64,000 nt of DNA from Camelus ferus (Eukaryota), in assembly GCF_009834535.1 (NCBI RefSeq), contig NC_045707.1, forward strand, positions 60,390,001 through 60,454,000. Reading direction: 5' to 3'. Below are positions 38,761-54,173 of the stretch, one piece after another (the stretch's first letter is position 1; every line of letters begins with the position of its first letter). A program made the position numbers and the translations under genes. The notes under the pieces are model-generated. The model saw only the letters and a program-made list of their open reading frames with translations, was not told the DNA's origin and made no database searches.

Positions 38761-41399
38761 ACATCATATCGCCCTGCTTTGTAACAACAGGAGACTTGTT
38801 AAAGGACAACGTGTTATTCTTGGCTTTTCTTCCCTCAAGTTGAGTTTTCTCCCAGAACGGCCCTCAGTTCCTTATAAAAACACATTTCTGGAAGATCTGC
38901 CTGCCAGGCAGGATTATCAGACAGGTGTGACTCCCAAAGTACTGACAGAGAAATCTCAGGTTGGAGAGCTTGCTACACAAATAAATTACACTTATGTGCA
39001 ATTACTCTTAATCAAAGGTACATACAGCATGCAGCAGTGAAAAAAATCAAAGAGGTGACATTTTATCAGTATTTTGAAGGAAAATTAGGAGTTTTCCAGG
39101 AGAAAAGGAAAAGAGTCTTGTGGATAAATGAAGTAACCTCATCTCCTTCCTCTCCTCCCTTCCCCTTCATCCTCCAAGAAGGATGGAGGCACAGTCATGT
39201 GGCACTGCCCTGCCTGCGCACATGCCCAGATGCTCTCCCAGCCTCTCCCCATCTGCCTCCTGGTCCTCTTTTAAAGTCCCTGCTTAGACATCACCACCTC
39301 GAGGAATCTGTCCTGAGCCCACAGGTAGACTAAGCCACCCCTCGCTGGGGCTGTTTCTGTGGCTTCTGTTGTCACATTTTTCACACAAATCATAATCATT
39401 GGCTTTAATTCTATCTTCCCTGTTAGACAATGGATTTTTAAGGAAATCTCTAAATTTTCATTTTTAATATCTCCTATGCTTGCTAAATGCTGGCCTTTAG
39501 TAAAGTTAGGGTATTGTGAAGTGTCTTCGATGTCAAGTTAAGAAGAGTTCGACTTTTTCCCTATAGGGAGAAGGAAATTATTCTCTCATTCTTTCTCTCT
39601 TTCCTCCCAAATGTAATGACGTACATACAAAAACATCCACCGAGGTTGGGGGTGGGGGGAATCGGTCTAAAATGCACGTTTATTCATATGGCTTTTAGAA
39701 TCTTTAATAATTTAACATTTTCACTTCTTCAAAGAAAACATTACTATGTGGCTCTTTTCTGAAATCCTTTATAGTCTCACTTAGTTCCTACCACCTTCTT
39801 TCAAAAGCCCCGGGTACTGCTTTTCCCTCTTCCTAATAGGCTATAGGTCCCCCACAGTGCCCCCCCCCCCCCCCCGTGAACAGTGCCCTCATCCGTGCTG
39901 CTCCTCTCAGGGCCTCAGCGCTCCAGAAGACTGCTGAACCATAGGAAAAGGGGCTCCCAGCAGGAAATGCAAAAGGACAGGGAAATTTTTGAAAATGTTG
40001 ATAAACCTATGAAATGATCTTTAAAATGTCACTTGCATTTAATAAGAAAGAGTCAAGGGTGCACTCCTGTTAATGATAAGAGTCATCACCAGATAAATCA
40101 CCATCTTCAAGAGGAGTTCAGGTGGCACTTTAGAAAAGGGACCAACATTTTCCAATCTTTAGTGGTATGCAGAAATAGGAGAAATCAGACAGGTAAATGG
40201 CAGAGACAATGGGCTTTCCCCACCCAAGGGGCTCATCTAAGCCAAGGTAACCCTCAAATTTTCATTTTAGCTAGGCGTTGATATACTTACATACATTTGT
40301 AAGGCCCCTACTTCCAAAAAGGCATAAAATAAAAAATACATTTAAATAGGGCTTTTTCACTATGCCCAGCTGTGTGCTCAATTTGTGTCTTCTTCCCAAA
40401 TATGTCACTGAATGTCAGACTAGTACTTATTTTAGTTTTTAAAAATAACAACTACAAACTAATTCATGGGTGTATAACAAGTGAACAGAGGTGTACAGAA
40501 AAAAGCTGAAGGCTGCCTCTCACCCGTTGCAGCCCTGAGGGAGCTCGTGTTAACAGTTTGATGCAGATCCCTCAATACCTACTGTGCCTGGGAACGAAAC
40601 TGGCATGACCACTTTGGGAGGTAGTTTAGTAACAGTCCACAAAATCTGAAATGCACACACTCTTTGATCTGGCAGTTACTAAATCTCAGAATTTGTCTTG
40701 CGGGTACACTTGAACAAACAGGATATTCTCTGTAGTATTGTTTACGGTAGCAACAGGTTAGATACGCTTAAAAGTCTGATTAATTATGGCATATCCTGAG
40801 GATAGAACACTATATAACTTTAAAATATGTAAGAGGTAGGTCTGCTTCATACCTTTTGGTAACATTTGACTTTTTTACCATATGGATCTAGTGGGAAAAG
40901 ACTTGACAATCTGATGGATGAAAATTAGACTCATTGTTTGGCTTTGTATGTCCCTGATGAAAAGCCAGGGTGAATACTTTTCATGGTCCTTGGCAATCCC
41001 TCTTCTATGAAATGCATATTCATATCCTTTGCTCATTTTTTAAAATTAAAGTTTAGCTGATTTACAAAGTTGTGTTCACTTGTTGCCCATTTAAAAAATT
41101 GAGTGAACTTCCTTATTTTTAGTACCACTTTGAATACAGGATATATTAATCTCTATCATATATAACAAATATTTTTCCTAGTCTATTAATTCTATATTGC
41201 CTATAACGACTTTGGCATTAGGAACTTGTTATATATATTTAAATATAAAATTTACATATACATATGTAAACTTGTTATATCTATTTATTATATGTATATG
41301 TAAATAATGTACATGTATATGTAAATAATTCCACCTTTTTATAGTTTCCCCTTTTGCTTGGGAAGGCCTTCCTCAACCAGAAGTTATAAAAATGTTATT

Positions 41400-41570
41400 A
41401 AAATTTTTTTTTCCTTTTTTTTTTTAAATGTATACTAAGCAATTATTTTCGGGGGAGAGAGGTAATTAGGTTTGCTTATTTATTTATCTTTCAGTGGAGG
41501 GACTGGGGATTGAACTCAGGACCTCATGCATGCTTAGCCCGTGCTCGACCACTGAGCTATATCCTCCCCT
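41400..41570 (-). mobile_element. Camelid tRNA-derived SINE (vic-1-like) within an old L1M
   Basis: Reverse complement AGGGGAGGATATAGCTCAGTGGTCGAGCACGGGCTAAGCATGCATGAGGTCCTGAGTTCAATCCCC. Probable TSD TAAAA(A/G)TGTTATT at 41387-41399 and 41574-41586. Confidence 0.9.
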
Positions 41571-41764
41571 GACTAAAAGTGTTATTTTTAACATTTAGAT
41601 CTTTAATTCATCTAGATTGTGTTTTTTTAAATTATGTGATCCAACCACTTTCTTCCAAGTAGTAGTGTCATTTTTTAAAAAGCTTTTTTCCCTCAATGAC
41701 TGGAAATGCCAACTATCCTATATTAACTTTCCACATATGCTAGAAGCCTTACTTCCTCAGGTTG

Positions 41765-42050
41765 ATTTTTCTGCCCAGCCCTGCCTCCTAAGAAGCTGAC
41801 CCCTAGGATCTACATCACCCAGGCCCCTGTGCTTCCTGATTTTAAATCAGCTTTGACCAGTGGGAGGTCATGGTAGGAGATCAGAGGTCAGAAGGAGGGA
41901 GAAGTCGGAATATTTCTTCCCGATCCTTCCTTACTTTGTCACCAAAGTGCCTCAGCCTCCCTGCTGGTCCCCTTACCCTGCCTACACCTCTATAAATAGA
42001 CTCTCTTCTAAATTCTGTTTCTAATCTCCTTTGAGCATACCTTCTTTTTT
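41765..42050 (+). mobile_element. LTR33-like ERVL LTR fragment
   Basis: GAAGCTGACCCCTAGGATCTACATCACCCAGGCCCC…CAGTGGGAGGTCATGGTAGGAGATCAGAGG. Confidence 0.65.
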
Positions 42051-42941
42051 CAGACAGTCTTTTCTTGTGCCTATTTTATGCAGTTTGATTATGGCAGTTT
42101 GAACATGTTTTAACCTATGCTCAATACACTATCTGTCTGAGATATTCTTCTACTTATTCTTCAATATTCTTCTACCTTTTCAGTATCTTCTTGGAAACAT
42201 TAACATGTTCATTCTTCCAGGTGAAATAATGAAAATAATGCAATCAGCTCAATAAAATCGAATCCATGATTAAAATCGTACGACATTTGGATGTCAGTTG
42301 GGTAGAGATCATCAGTCTCACAAGGCAGGTCTTCCCTCACCATTGGACGTGGCCCTGCTCAGGGTTTCCAGATGTCTATTGCAAACCTCAATATGCACAA
42401 AGCAGGTCAGACTAATTACTGTCCTTACGAATTTTTATTTTTAATATTCTCTCGCTTGATGGTGCTCCCACTGCTGCACACACTTGAACTTCATGTCATT
42501 TTCACTCACTCTTTCTCACTCCCCACGTCCGAATGGTTGCCAAGTCCTGCTAATACTAAGTGGAAAGTATCTAACAAATCTTTTCCTCATCTGTCTCAGA
42601 ACCACAGAACCCAGGTCTCATCATCTCTTGAAGGAACAGTCATTTATGTCCCTTAATTGGCCTCCAATCTCTAACGCTCCTTAAATCGATTTCTCGTACT
42701 GCCTCCTGAATTAGAGTTTTTAAGATATAGATGTGAAAATGTCATTCTTCTGTGGTCCCAATGTAATAAATGATTAAACAAATAAACATTTCATAGTCTT
42801 GTCCCAATTTATCTTTCTGGTGCCCTTTTCTTCAACTTACCACCCTGACACACACAGGCACACGCACGCACACCATGCCCTAAACTACTTGTAGTTTCCC
42901 TGACATCTTGCTTCCTTTCTGTCTTTGAAAATGCTCTAGTC

Positions 42942-43275
42942 CTGCACTGTCCAGTAAGGTGGCCACTAGCCACACGTGGCCATAGAGCACATGACATCTG
43001 GTTAGTCCAAGCTGAGATGCACTGTAAGTCTAAAATGCACAGTGGATTTCAAATACTTTGTACCAAAAGTGAATGTCAAATATCTCATTAAAAATGCTTT
43101 ATTAAAAATTATTTTATGTTAACATAGTAGAAAGTAGAGTGGAAATAATAATTTATTGACTACCCTGGGTTAAATAAGATGTATTATTAAAATTATGTTT
43201 CTTTTTTTAATGTGGCTACTAGGACATCTGACATTTCCTACATGGCTTGTATTACATTTCCATCAGACAGCCCTG
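42942..43275. mobile_element. MER33-like hAT-Charlie MITE inserted in an L2 (about 42380-43500)
   Basis: TIRs CTGCACTGTCC…CAGACAGCCCTG; 8-bp TSD CTCTAGTC (42934-42941) and CTCTAGCC (43276-43283). Confidence 0.85.
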
Positions 43276-44299
43276 CTCTAGCCTGTTTTTTCTCCTTCTG
43301 ATAAAATCTTATTTGTGCTTAAAGTCCTACTACAGGTGTCACCTCCTCTGTGAAGCCCTCCCAGATCCCCCAACTTCATGTAAAATTAATCATTTCCACC
43401 TTTGTCCCCTAAACACTCTATACATACCTCTGTCACAGCACTGATCTCACTATAATGTGATTATTCATTTATATGTCTGTCTTTACTGTTTTTTAAATCT
43501 TTATTTTTTCCCTTGCTCTCCGAATAGGCTTAGTTCTCAGTCAGTTTGTGCTTGTTAACAGTGAGGAATAAATAGTTCTATCAAAAACTGACACTAAGGA
43601 TAATCACTAAAAATAATCACAAGATTTACCCCTAAGCTTACTGCACATAAGAAAGGAATGGAAAATGTCACTTTATATAACTCTAATAAGAGAAAATTTT
43701 TGGTTTGTCAGGAAATCAAACATTTTCCTAGAACTAACTGTAGGAGGGATTTATTGCCTGAAACTTTATATGAGACATTGAACCACATACTACATCAGGT
43801 CTTTAATCAGGGATCTACAGATAATACAGAAAAATTCCTTATATGGCCATTTCTTTTATCAACCAACACTGCAAGTAGACAGCGTAACATTATAGCACTG
43901 CAGACAGCAGGCATTTTATAGACTAGTGTGAGACAGTCTAAACTGAGCTCTCTGGTGATCTCACTTGATGAAAAGAAAGAATCCAGAGAATACATTTGGG
44001 TTTTTTTAAATCTATTCTGACAGTCTTTGTCTTTTAATTGGATTGTGAATTATAACTTATTAAAAGTACTGATATTCTTGGATTCAAATCTCTTATATTT
44101 TTGTTTTCTATTTTTCCTGTTTGTCCTTCATTCCTTTCTCACTTCTTCCCTTCTTTTGACTTAATCAAGTATTTTTATTATTCCATTTTCTCCTTTGTTA
44201 GCTTTATAGTTATATGTTCTTTGATCTTTCCTTTAGTGATTATCCTATTAATCAATAAAATTTATAATTGTTTTTAAATATATGGTGTTGACAAAAGAA

Positions 44300-45330
44300 A
44301 ATATGTAAACATAAAGGACATAGAAAAATTCAGAGAAAAGGGATTGGAAAAGACATAAGAAATATATGCTAACCAGAAAAAAGCTGGTGCAGCTATATTA
44401 ATATCACATGAATGATTTTAAGACAAAATATTGCCTAAAGATGAAGAAATAATTCACCTAAAGATATAACAATCCTAAACACGTAGTTAACATGGCTAAA
44501 ATATGTTAAAAACATTGACAAAATCATGAGAAATTTACAATTCTGTAATCATAGTGGATGATTTTAACATCCCTTTCTCATCAATTTATAGATAAAGCAA
44601 ACCCAAAGTAGTAAGAATATTATTTAAACAAAATAATGATGAAGCTTGGTCTAATGGAACCATATACACATGTATTCATATATATATGAATCCTGAGCAC
44701 AATTTTCCAAACACATGAAATTTTTTTTATAAAATCTGAGCTTATACTAAGTCACAATGCCAATCTCAATACTACCCCCCAAATCAGCATAATATTCACC
44801 ACATGGCTTACTAACAAGTCATTAAAAATAGAACATTAACAAAAAGATAACTTCCCTAAATACCCACATTTGGAAATTTAAAAATGTAATTGTGAGACAT
44901 CTATGCATCAAGAAGTAAATCAAAATGAAAACTGGAAGACATTTTAAAGCTGAGTAACACGAAAATATTATATATTAAAATCTATGGGATGCAGTTAAAT
45001 AGTACTTAGAAAGTTCCCCACATTGTTAGATGCATAGACCAGGAAAGACAAATGACTGAAAATTAATGCTTTCAATTCAGGAAGTAAAATAGGCACAAAA
45101 AATAAGTTTTAGCTAACAGAAAAGCCCAGAGAAGTACAGGAAAGGAATAACAATAAGAATGTAATTTATTAAAGTAGGAAACAAGGAGATACTAGAGAAT
45201 CACACAGACAAAAACGCAGAAGCTGGTCATGTTTGAAAACCTAAGAAAACAGAAACAAATTCCTGGCAAGTTTGATAAGGGGACAGAAAAAAAAATTCAC
45301 AAATCTATTAGGAATAAAAAAAAGGGATTC
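44300..45330 (+). mobile_element. Ancient L1M ORF2 endonuclease-region fragment
   Basis: …GCTAACCAGAAAAAAGCTGGTGCAGCTATATTAATATCA translates ANQKKAGAAILIS (APE domain). Later GGATGATTTTAACATCCC and AATCTATGGGATGCAG (NLWDA). Confidence 0.8.
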
Positions 45331-45406
45331 AGTAGACTTTTTCTTTTAATCATATGTGTAAATTTTAACCCTCTTGTCATATAGGATCAAAAATCCAACA
45401 TAAACT

Positions 45407-45550
45407 TCAGTATCTTGTAATAACTTTTAATGAAAAAGAATATAAAAATGAATATATGTATGTATATGCATGACTGGGACATTGTGCTGTACACCAGAAA
45501 CTGACACATTGTAACTGATGGTACTTCAACTGAAAAAAAAAAAACAAAAA
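45407..45550 (+). mobile_element. Very short young L1 3' end with poly(A), inserted in an antisense MLT1 (about 45375-45990)
   Basis: Closely similar to the 3' end of the L1 at 29325-29450; CATAAACT is duplicated at 45399-45406 and 45553-45560. Confidence 0.88.
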
Positions 45551-47649
45551 ACCATAAACTGACTTAAATAAATACTGGGTTTATTGGCTCATATTATGGT
45601 AAAGTCCAGAGATAGGCATGGTTTAGGTAGAGTAATAAAGGTGTAAGTTATATTGCCATGACCCACATTCAGCCCTATTTCTCTCAATCTCTCAATTCCA
45701 CTCTCCACCATGTTAGTTTCATTATTATCAAACAGACTGTCCCCTCACAGGGCAACACAGTGAGGGTCAATATCCTCCTCACTATACTCTGGAGCAAGAG
45801 AAGGATCCCCTCCCCGGTGTCTCAGTAGATGTATCACTGCATTGTGTTGGCTCTGATTGGCTCATGAGCCCATCCCTCATACAATTACTGTAGCCCAGAG
45901 AATGTAATGCTCTGGTTGGCTGAGCTGGAATCACCCATTTCTGCTGGAGTAGGTAACATGATTGGTAGCACATTAACCAAACGAAAGATGCATTTAGAGA
46001 AGAATGGTGAATGGCAGTTCTGGGGCAAATAAAATAAAATAACAAGTGTGAACTACACCACGACTTGAGTAAACATGTATATTTTAAATAGGACTCCAAA
46101 CTTCTGAGCTCACCAAGATGAAATAATTGCCAAATATCCCTCCATATAACAAAATACTTTTGATCTGTTGCCTGGAATGATTTTGTCCTATCCAATGCAC
46201 CTGAAAGCTACAGGCCATTTGCCAGAAGTGACTATTCAGGTTTGGGCAAATCTCGTACTGATTTGTTCTTTTTGACAGACACTAGCCAACGGATTCAACA
46301 ACCTCTCAATATTAATTTCTAAATCATTTTGTTCCTTTCAGGCAGCTCTTTAATAAATCAAATACCTTGACTTAAAAATACCCTCATGCTCTATCTAAAG
46401 TTTGTTTTTTGTTCATTTATTTAAGAAATCTTTATTGAGTGCTGATGAGGCATTTTGTTTACTGTTGGGGAAACAAGCACAACCAACCAGGACCCCTGCC
46501 CCTGCCCTCATGGAGTTGACAGCAGTGAGCCTGAGAGTGGGATAACTTGCCCACTGCTACAGTGAAGTGCACTTCTTCAAGAGCATGAGTTAATTTTACA
46601 CCCTTTTTAAAGGGTTTTGTACTGTAGATTTCACAGGTCGCTAATCTGACCAAGCAAGGAGAACACTTTGTTCTTGTGCAAACGTTCTCTGGGCTCTGAG
46701 GAAAGTGTCAGTAGCATTTAGATGGGGCCTGAGGCTGGAGAACAAGTGAAATTGGAAGAATTCATCCCGCCTGTGATCTAGATCCCATTCCCTGCCCAGC
46801 TGCAATCTGGCAGACTTTTAAGGGTGGTTAGGAGGAAGGGAGCAGAGGATAACAAAAGAAAAAAGGACCAGAAACATAAAAAGGGGAGAAAGTTAGGAAT
46901 GAGTAGGTGGTGGTGGGGGGGGGAGAGTAGGTGAAATACAGATCAAATTGTGCCTTCTAGGGCACAAATAAATATTTGTCTATTGCTGGTTGTCAGCACT
47001 TACTTAGAGTTTCTGGGAAAGATGCCTCCTCTGATTCAGTGACTTTCTCTCATGTGATCTTCAAAACTTTGAACAAACACACTATTGATTAAAGACCCAG
47101 AAAACTAATTTTAAGCCACTCTGACTTAATTATGGCAAAGAATAATTGATTCCATATAAAATGTCACGTTACATTCATGTCCTACCTCTTAGCTAAAACA
47201 ATGCGGTTTAGAGATCAGTTACATACTTGGATCACAAGAAAATGATATTTGACTGCAAAACAAAGGGAAGAAAATCAAAATGCAGATTCAAAGGAGTGGA
47301 AACTATGCATTTTCAAACAATGAGAATAATTATGTGTACAACATTGTAGGCTAGTCTTCAAAGAATGTAGGCAGTGATTGATGTAAAGTATTTCTACCAG
47401 TAAACAAAAGACCTCTTTCAAATAAAGACAATAGCATATGTAATTTACATGTATTGCTGAAAAAAAAAAAGTTTCAAAAAGCATTTCTAATTAAGAAATC
47501 AAGGAGTCTCATACCAATGTTAGGATAAAGTTTGAACAGCTTACTGAATGAAAAAATTTAGAAAGATTTGCTTAAAATTATTTCAAAGTGAGGAGAAAGA
47601 ACTGGGGAGACTGCGTTAAGTTTGTGGTACCCAGCTGGGACAGCTTTCC

Positions 47650-48158
47650 ATATGCAAGGCTCTGTTGCCTCTGGAAATAAAGTAGATCAAGTCACTCTTT
47701 TGCAGAAAATCTGTCACTATTTCCCTTGTAAACATCAGAGTCCTGCTGGTGTCTTTTGTGCTCCTGCTTGATTTGACCCTTCTTTGCTACCTCATCTCCT
47801 CTAATTCTGTCCTTGACCACTGCCCTCCAGCCATGCTGGCTTCACATTGCTTCCCAACCATACAGCCCTATGTCACCCCAGGGCTTTTGCATATGCCCTT
47901 GCCTTTGACTAGAACCCTCTTCTCTCAAGCTTCTACATGGTTCCCTCCATCCTTCAAGTCTCTTCAAGTGAGGCCACTCCCGACACCCTATTTAAAATTA
48001 CAGACCTCTTCCCACATTCACCACTTCCTCCCCTGCTTTATTTCTCTCCATAGCACTTTTCAGATGAGCCCCACAGGGGCCAAAATTTTTGTTTTGTTTC
48101 CTACTGTTCTGTGTCTGGTAGACAGTAAGTGCTCAGTAAATATTCATTGAATGAGTAA
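47650..48158 (+). mobile_element. L2 LINE 3' fragment
   Basis: CCCCAGGGCTTTTGCATATGCC…CAGTAAGTGCTCAGTAAATATTCATTGAATGAGT, the L2 terminus. Confidence 0.8.
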
Positions 48159-48185
48159 GTGTTGATATCTGAAAACAGGGCTGTC

Positions 48186-49580
48186 AGCATGGGAAGATGT
48201 CTAGTTAATCAAGTGGGTAAAATCAGCCCCATCAAAAATCACATCTCCACGGCCACCAACAAGCCAGGGAGAGAGACCTCAGAAAGAAACCAGTGCTGCC
48301 AACACCTTGATCTTGGACTTCCGGCCTCCAGAACTGTAAGGAGATAAATTTTTGTTATTTAAAAAAAAAAAATAATAACATCTCCAAGCACTAGACTAAC
48401 TGTTAGAATATGAGTTCTCTTATTCTTTGCCTTTAAGTGATCTGTATTAGCCTTTGAAATCTTTGGTTAAGTGAATAACTACTGTTTGGCAAATTCTGAA
48501 AGTTCTTTGGACCTCCAGCTAACTTTGAGATGCTTTAGAGAAACCCCGAGGTATCTCAGGTATTAAATTAACTAGGATCACATGGTATGTTAAGTTAAAT
48601 GTAATCAGTCATAATTCTAGTTATTGTAACCAAGCCTCTTTATTGATGACACTGAAATCAGATGTCTCACCATGCTTTTTTAAGTTTTCTGTCATTTGTA
48701 GACAGTTATCATCATTGTACTTCTGACTGCTGTTGCAAAAGTGTTTCATCTTTAAGATTCGTGGGAACGTTATGGAAGTGGTTACAACAGTTCCACATCG
48801 AGATGATGGCTGTGTGAGGATTCCAGCCCAGACTGTCCTCTGAGTCAAAACAAGGAGCTGTCCTGCCCTGGGGGCATTTAGATTAGGCATTCAGAGATTT
48901 TCAGTCCCTAATAGGCAGGGTCAATACCCCTATTCAGCCCTGAAGCAACTACAGAAGACTGCTGCCCCTCTGCAACCCCCAAAAGAATATGGGGGCCAAA
49001 TCTCTGAGTGAGGAATGAGACAGGAAGAAGGGAGACAGGGCACAGCCAGTAAGGGAATGACACAGCAGTTAGCACCAACATGGCAGAAAATTCAACTCCC
49101 AATAGGCCTTGAGGCCCAGGATGGTGGGAGATTTGACTTCCAGTAAACCTTGAGCTTCATTATACGCTCATTGCAATATACTCGCATGGTGAATGGCATT
49201 CTCACAGGGGCCATGACAGTTCTGAGGCTGACCATAAAAGGTCAAAAAGTGGGCAATGGCCCAGGTTCCTGGGAATCCCAGCCCCTTCCCCGAAGTATTT
49301 GGAATAATCCCCCCATTTCTTAGCATATGAAGTTACTGAGCCCATAAAAACTAACAACCCTGCACCTCGCGGCCTCTCGCTCTCTCACCTTCAGAGAAGG
49401 CCTGCGCTCTGTCTTTGGAGTGGGTATCTACTCTTACTTTAAACTCAACACCCACCTCCATGCCTGGTGGCCTCTCTGGCCTTCTAAGATGGCCTGCATG
49501 CTGTACTCTGTAGAGCGTGTATCTCTCTGGATAAATCTACTTTTACTCAAAAAAAAAAAACAAAACAAAAAAATCCAAAA
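48186..49580 (+). mobile_element. Processed (L1-mobilised) retrocopy of an ERV1 RNA: internal sequence, env tail remnant, PPT, MER41-like U3-R, poly(A)
   Basis: Env-tail-like LQQFHIEMMAV*GFQP at 48782-48829. PPT-like GAGTGAGGAA at 49006-49015, LTR start TGAGAC at 49016, CATAAAA at 49343, GATAAA at 49530, A-tail from 49549 and no U5. Candidate TSD at 48172-48185 and 49581-49594 (12/14). Confidence 0.8.
48250..48370 (+). mobile_element. Polyadenylated MaLR (MST/MLT1A-like) LTR fragment with its own TSD
   Basis: GCCAACACCTTGATCTTGGACTTCCGGCCTCCAGAACTGTAAG is the MaLR R region, followed by an A-tract. TSD core ACATCTCCA at 48241-48249 and 48378-48386 (14/16 when extended). Confidence 0.85.
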
Positions 49581-49979
49581 AAAACTGGGCTCTCTTAAAT
49601 GCAGAGCCTCAGACAAAGGCAGGCATGCAAGTGTTTTATTTGCCAAGTGATGCCAAGCATCAGGAAAGAGGGACAAAGAGGAGTGAAATAAATAAGAGTT
49701 AGTGAAACGGCAACAGAGGGAAGTCAATACACAGGACTAATTAATGAAGCAGAGCAATAGCCTCAAAGCAAGCAGAGGTAGCAGACAGGGCCGGGGAGGT
49801 AACGTCCAAGACTGGGGCCAGTAAACCACGTAGGGGCAGGTCTGGAGAAGAGAGCGGGTGGGGCTGATGTCGAACAGGGCCACAAAGCCAGGTAGAGCTG
49901 CGGAGACGGACAGGTTCTAACTTTGTAGAGTTATCTCACATGTCAGGTTTGGAGCAATTGTTCAGAAAGGCCTAATCGG

Positions 49980-52320
<2,341 letters not shown>

Positions 52321-53208
52321 ATAATAGTCATTGAAAGCTTCACCATCTGAATCTGGACATTAATTTGAAACAAAAGGAGATCATTTCACTCTGAAGAAAA
52401 TTAAAAGTGTGGCATGTTAAACTAGCATCTGGAAACTAGCATCTGGCCCTGGACCTTTCTGATTATCTTTCCCGCAGAGAAGATGACTAAGTGATGAGAA
52501 AAAGGAGGGAAAGAAACCCTTCCGTCTAATACACATCTTATGAAGTCACACTCAACACCCTGAAGAAGAAAGTAAAAGGGTTGAATTCAAGAATGTGCAT
52601 GGAAAAATTTGTCAGTCCCTACCTATAAGCATCTTGTTATATTGGCGAAACTAGAGTTAAATACATAAAACATTAAAAATCAGATGAAACAGCATGCTGA
52701 AGAGCTAAATTAAATATAAACCAAGAGGTAGAACCCATATTATAGATAATGAGGACCCTGATGAGAAGGTAGCCAGTGTTTTAAATCAAAGAATAGTTCC
52801 TAAGATCTAAGATTCAGAGGTTTTTTTTTTCATATAGACAAAGATGGAAAGGAGCTGGTAGCTGGCACAGAGGGAAGGAATACAGTTATTTTCCTCAAAT
52901 ATTAAAATGACAGCTGCTTGGCCACAATTATCATCGTCCTCTTATTATGTCAACATGCAGAGAGCATGATCGATTGGCAAACTGGGACTTAGTTGGGGTT
53001 CTCGCCTGCCGTTACGTAGCTACACGACACTGGGCAATTATAGCCTCCCTTTTCCCTAATCTGAACACTGGAGGAACTGTAGATAAGATAATCTTCCCAC
53101 TCATAGGGCTGTAGAGATAACCTATGTGAAAGTGCCTTGGAAAAAATAAAAAGTAGCAGTCAGAGCCTTAAATAATACATTCCAGCACTTAGAAGAGCTG
53201 TTTTATGT

Positions 53209-53223
53209 CAAAAAAAAAAAAAA

Positions 53224-53255
<32 letters not shown>
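53209..53255. repeat. A-rich (A)n/(AAAAAG)n tract
   Basis: Directly visible. Confidence 0.9.
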
Positions 53256-54173
53256 GGGAATGGTTTTCCTGTGATTTAAGAAGACTGTAATTTCAGTGGC
53301 GTGTTCATCAGTAGTAAATACTATCTCCTTTAACTACTACTGAAAAACCATCTATCAAGTGCTGAATCGCACAAATGCCAATAATTACTGAGTTGTCCTC
53401 CTCAAAACCCTCCTAAACTGGTCACAGTCATGATAAACAGCTAACAGAGAAGTGGCTGGCCGATGGAAAGCTGGCAGTGGTGAACAAACTCTGGCTTAGA
53501 GTCCAAAATAAATACCAAATCGTTTAAAAATAGCTGCATGATTTCGTAAACGCTAGAACACATACACACAAACCTCTTCAAGTTACTTGGGTAAATTGTG
53601 ATAAACATGATAAAAATATCCTGAATTTTAAAATCAGACATGAACTTTCCCAAGTTCTCTCTTCAATCCTTAGCAAAGTGTCCTTCTAGAGAGTCTGTAG
53701 AATCTGGATGGAATTGGGGAAACAATGTCTTTTTGTCTGTTTCTGGGTCACAGCTATCCAGCCTTGTATATATTTCTGTATCTTCAAAGATTCAATTTAA
53801 TCATTTATAAAAATAGGATAATAGTTTCTCCCCTGCCCATTGTTTGGTGCTTTGAAAGGACCAAATGTGAAAATGTCTTGAAAACAGAGGAGGCTTACAT
53901 AAGGGAGATATATTTCTACCAGTGTTCATTATGGTCCAAGGCTCTGGAACTTCATCTGGGGAAAAAAACCAGAGGTGGTGAGCAGTGGAGAATCTAAAGA
54001 GTTATTAAAGGCCACAATCAATAATAAAAGGACAGAATCCTCTTTAGAGGATTTTGTTAGAAATGAGGCAAAAAGAAACCAAAAATAATGGACTGGCAAT
54101 CTCTAAGCAACCAGCTTCTGATTTCTAGGAATCTGTATCTGTCTAGCCAAAAATCAAGAAGTGATATATTGCA

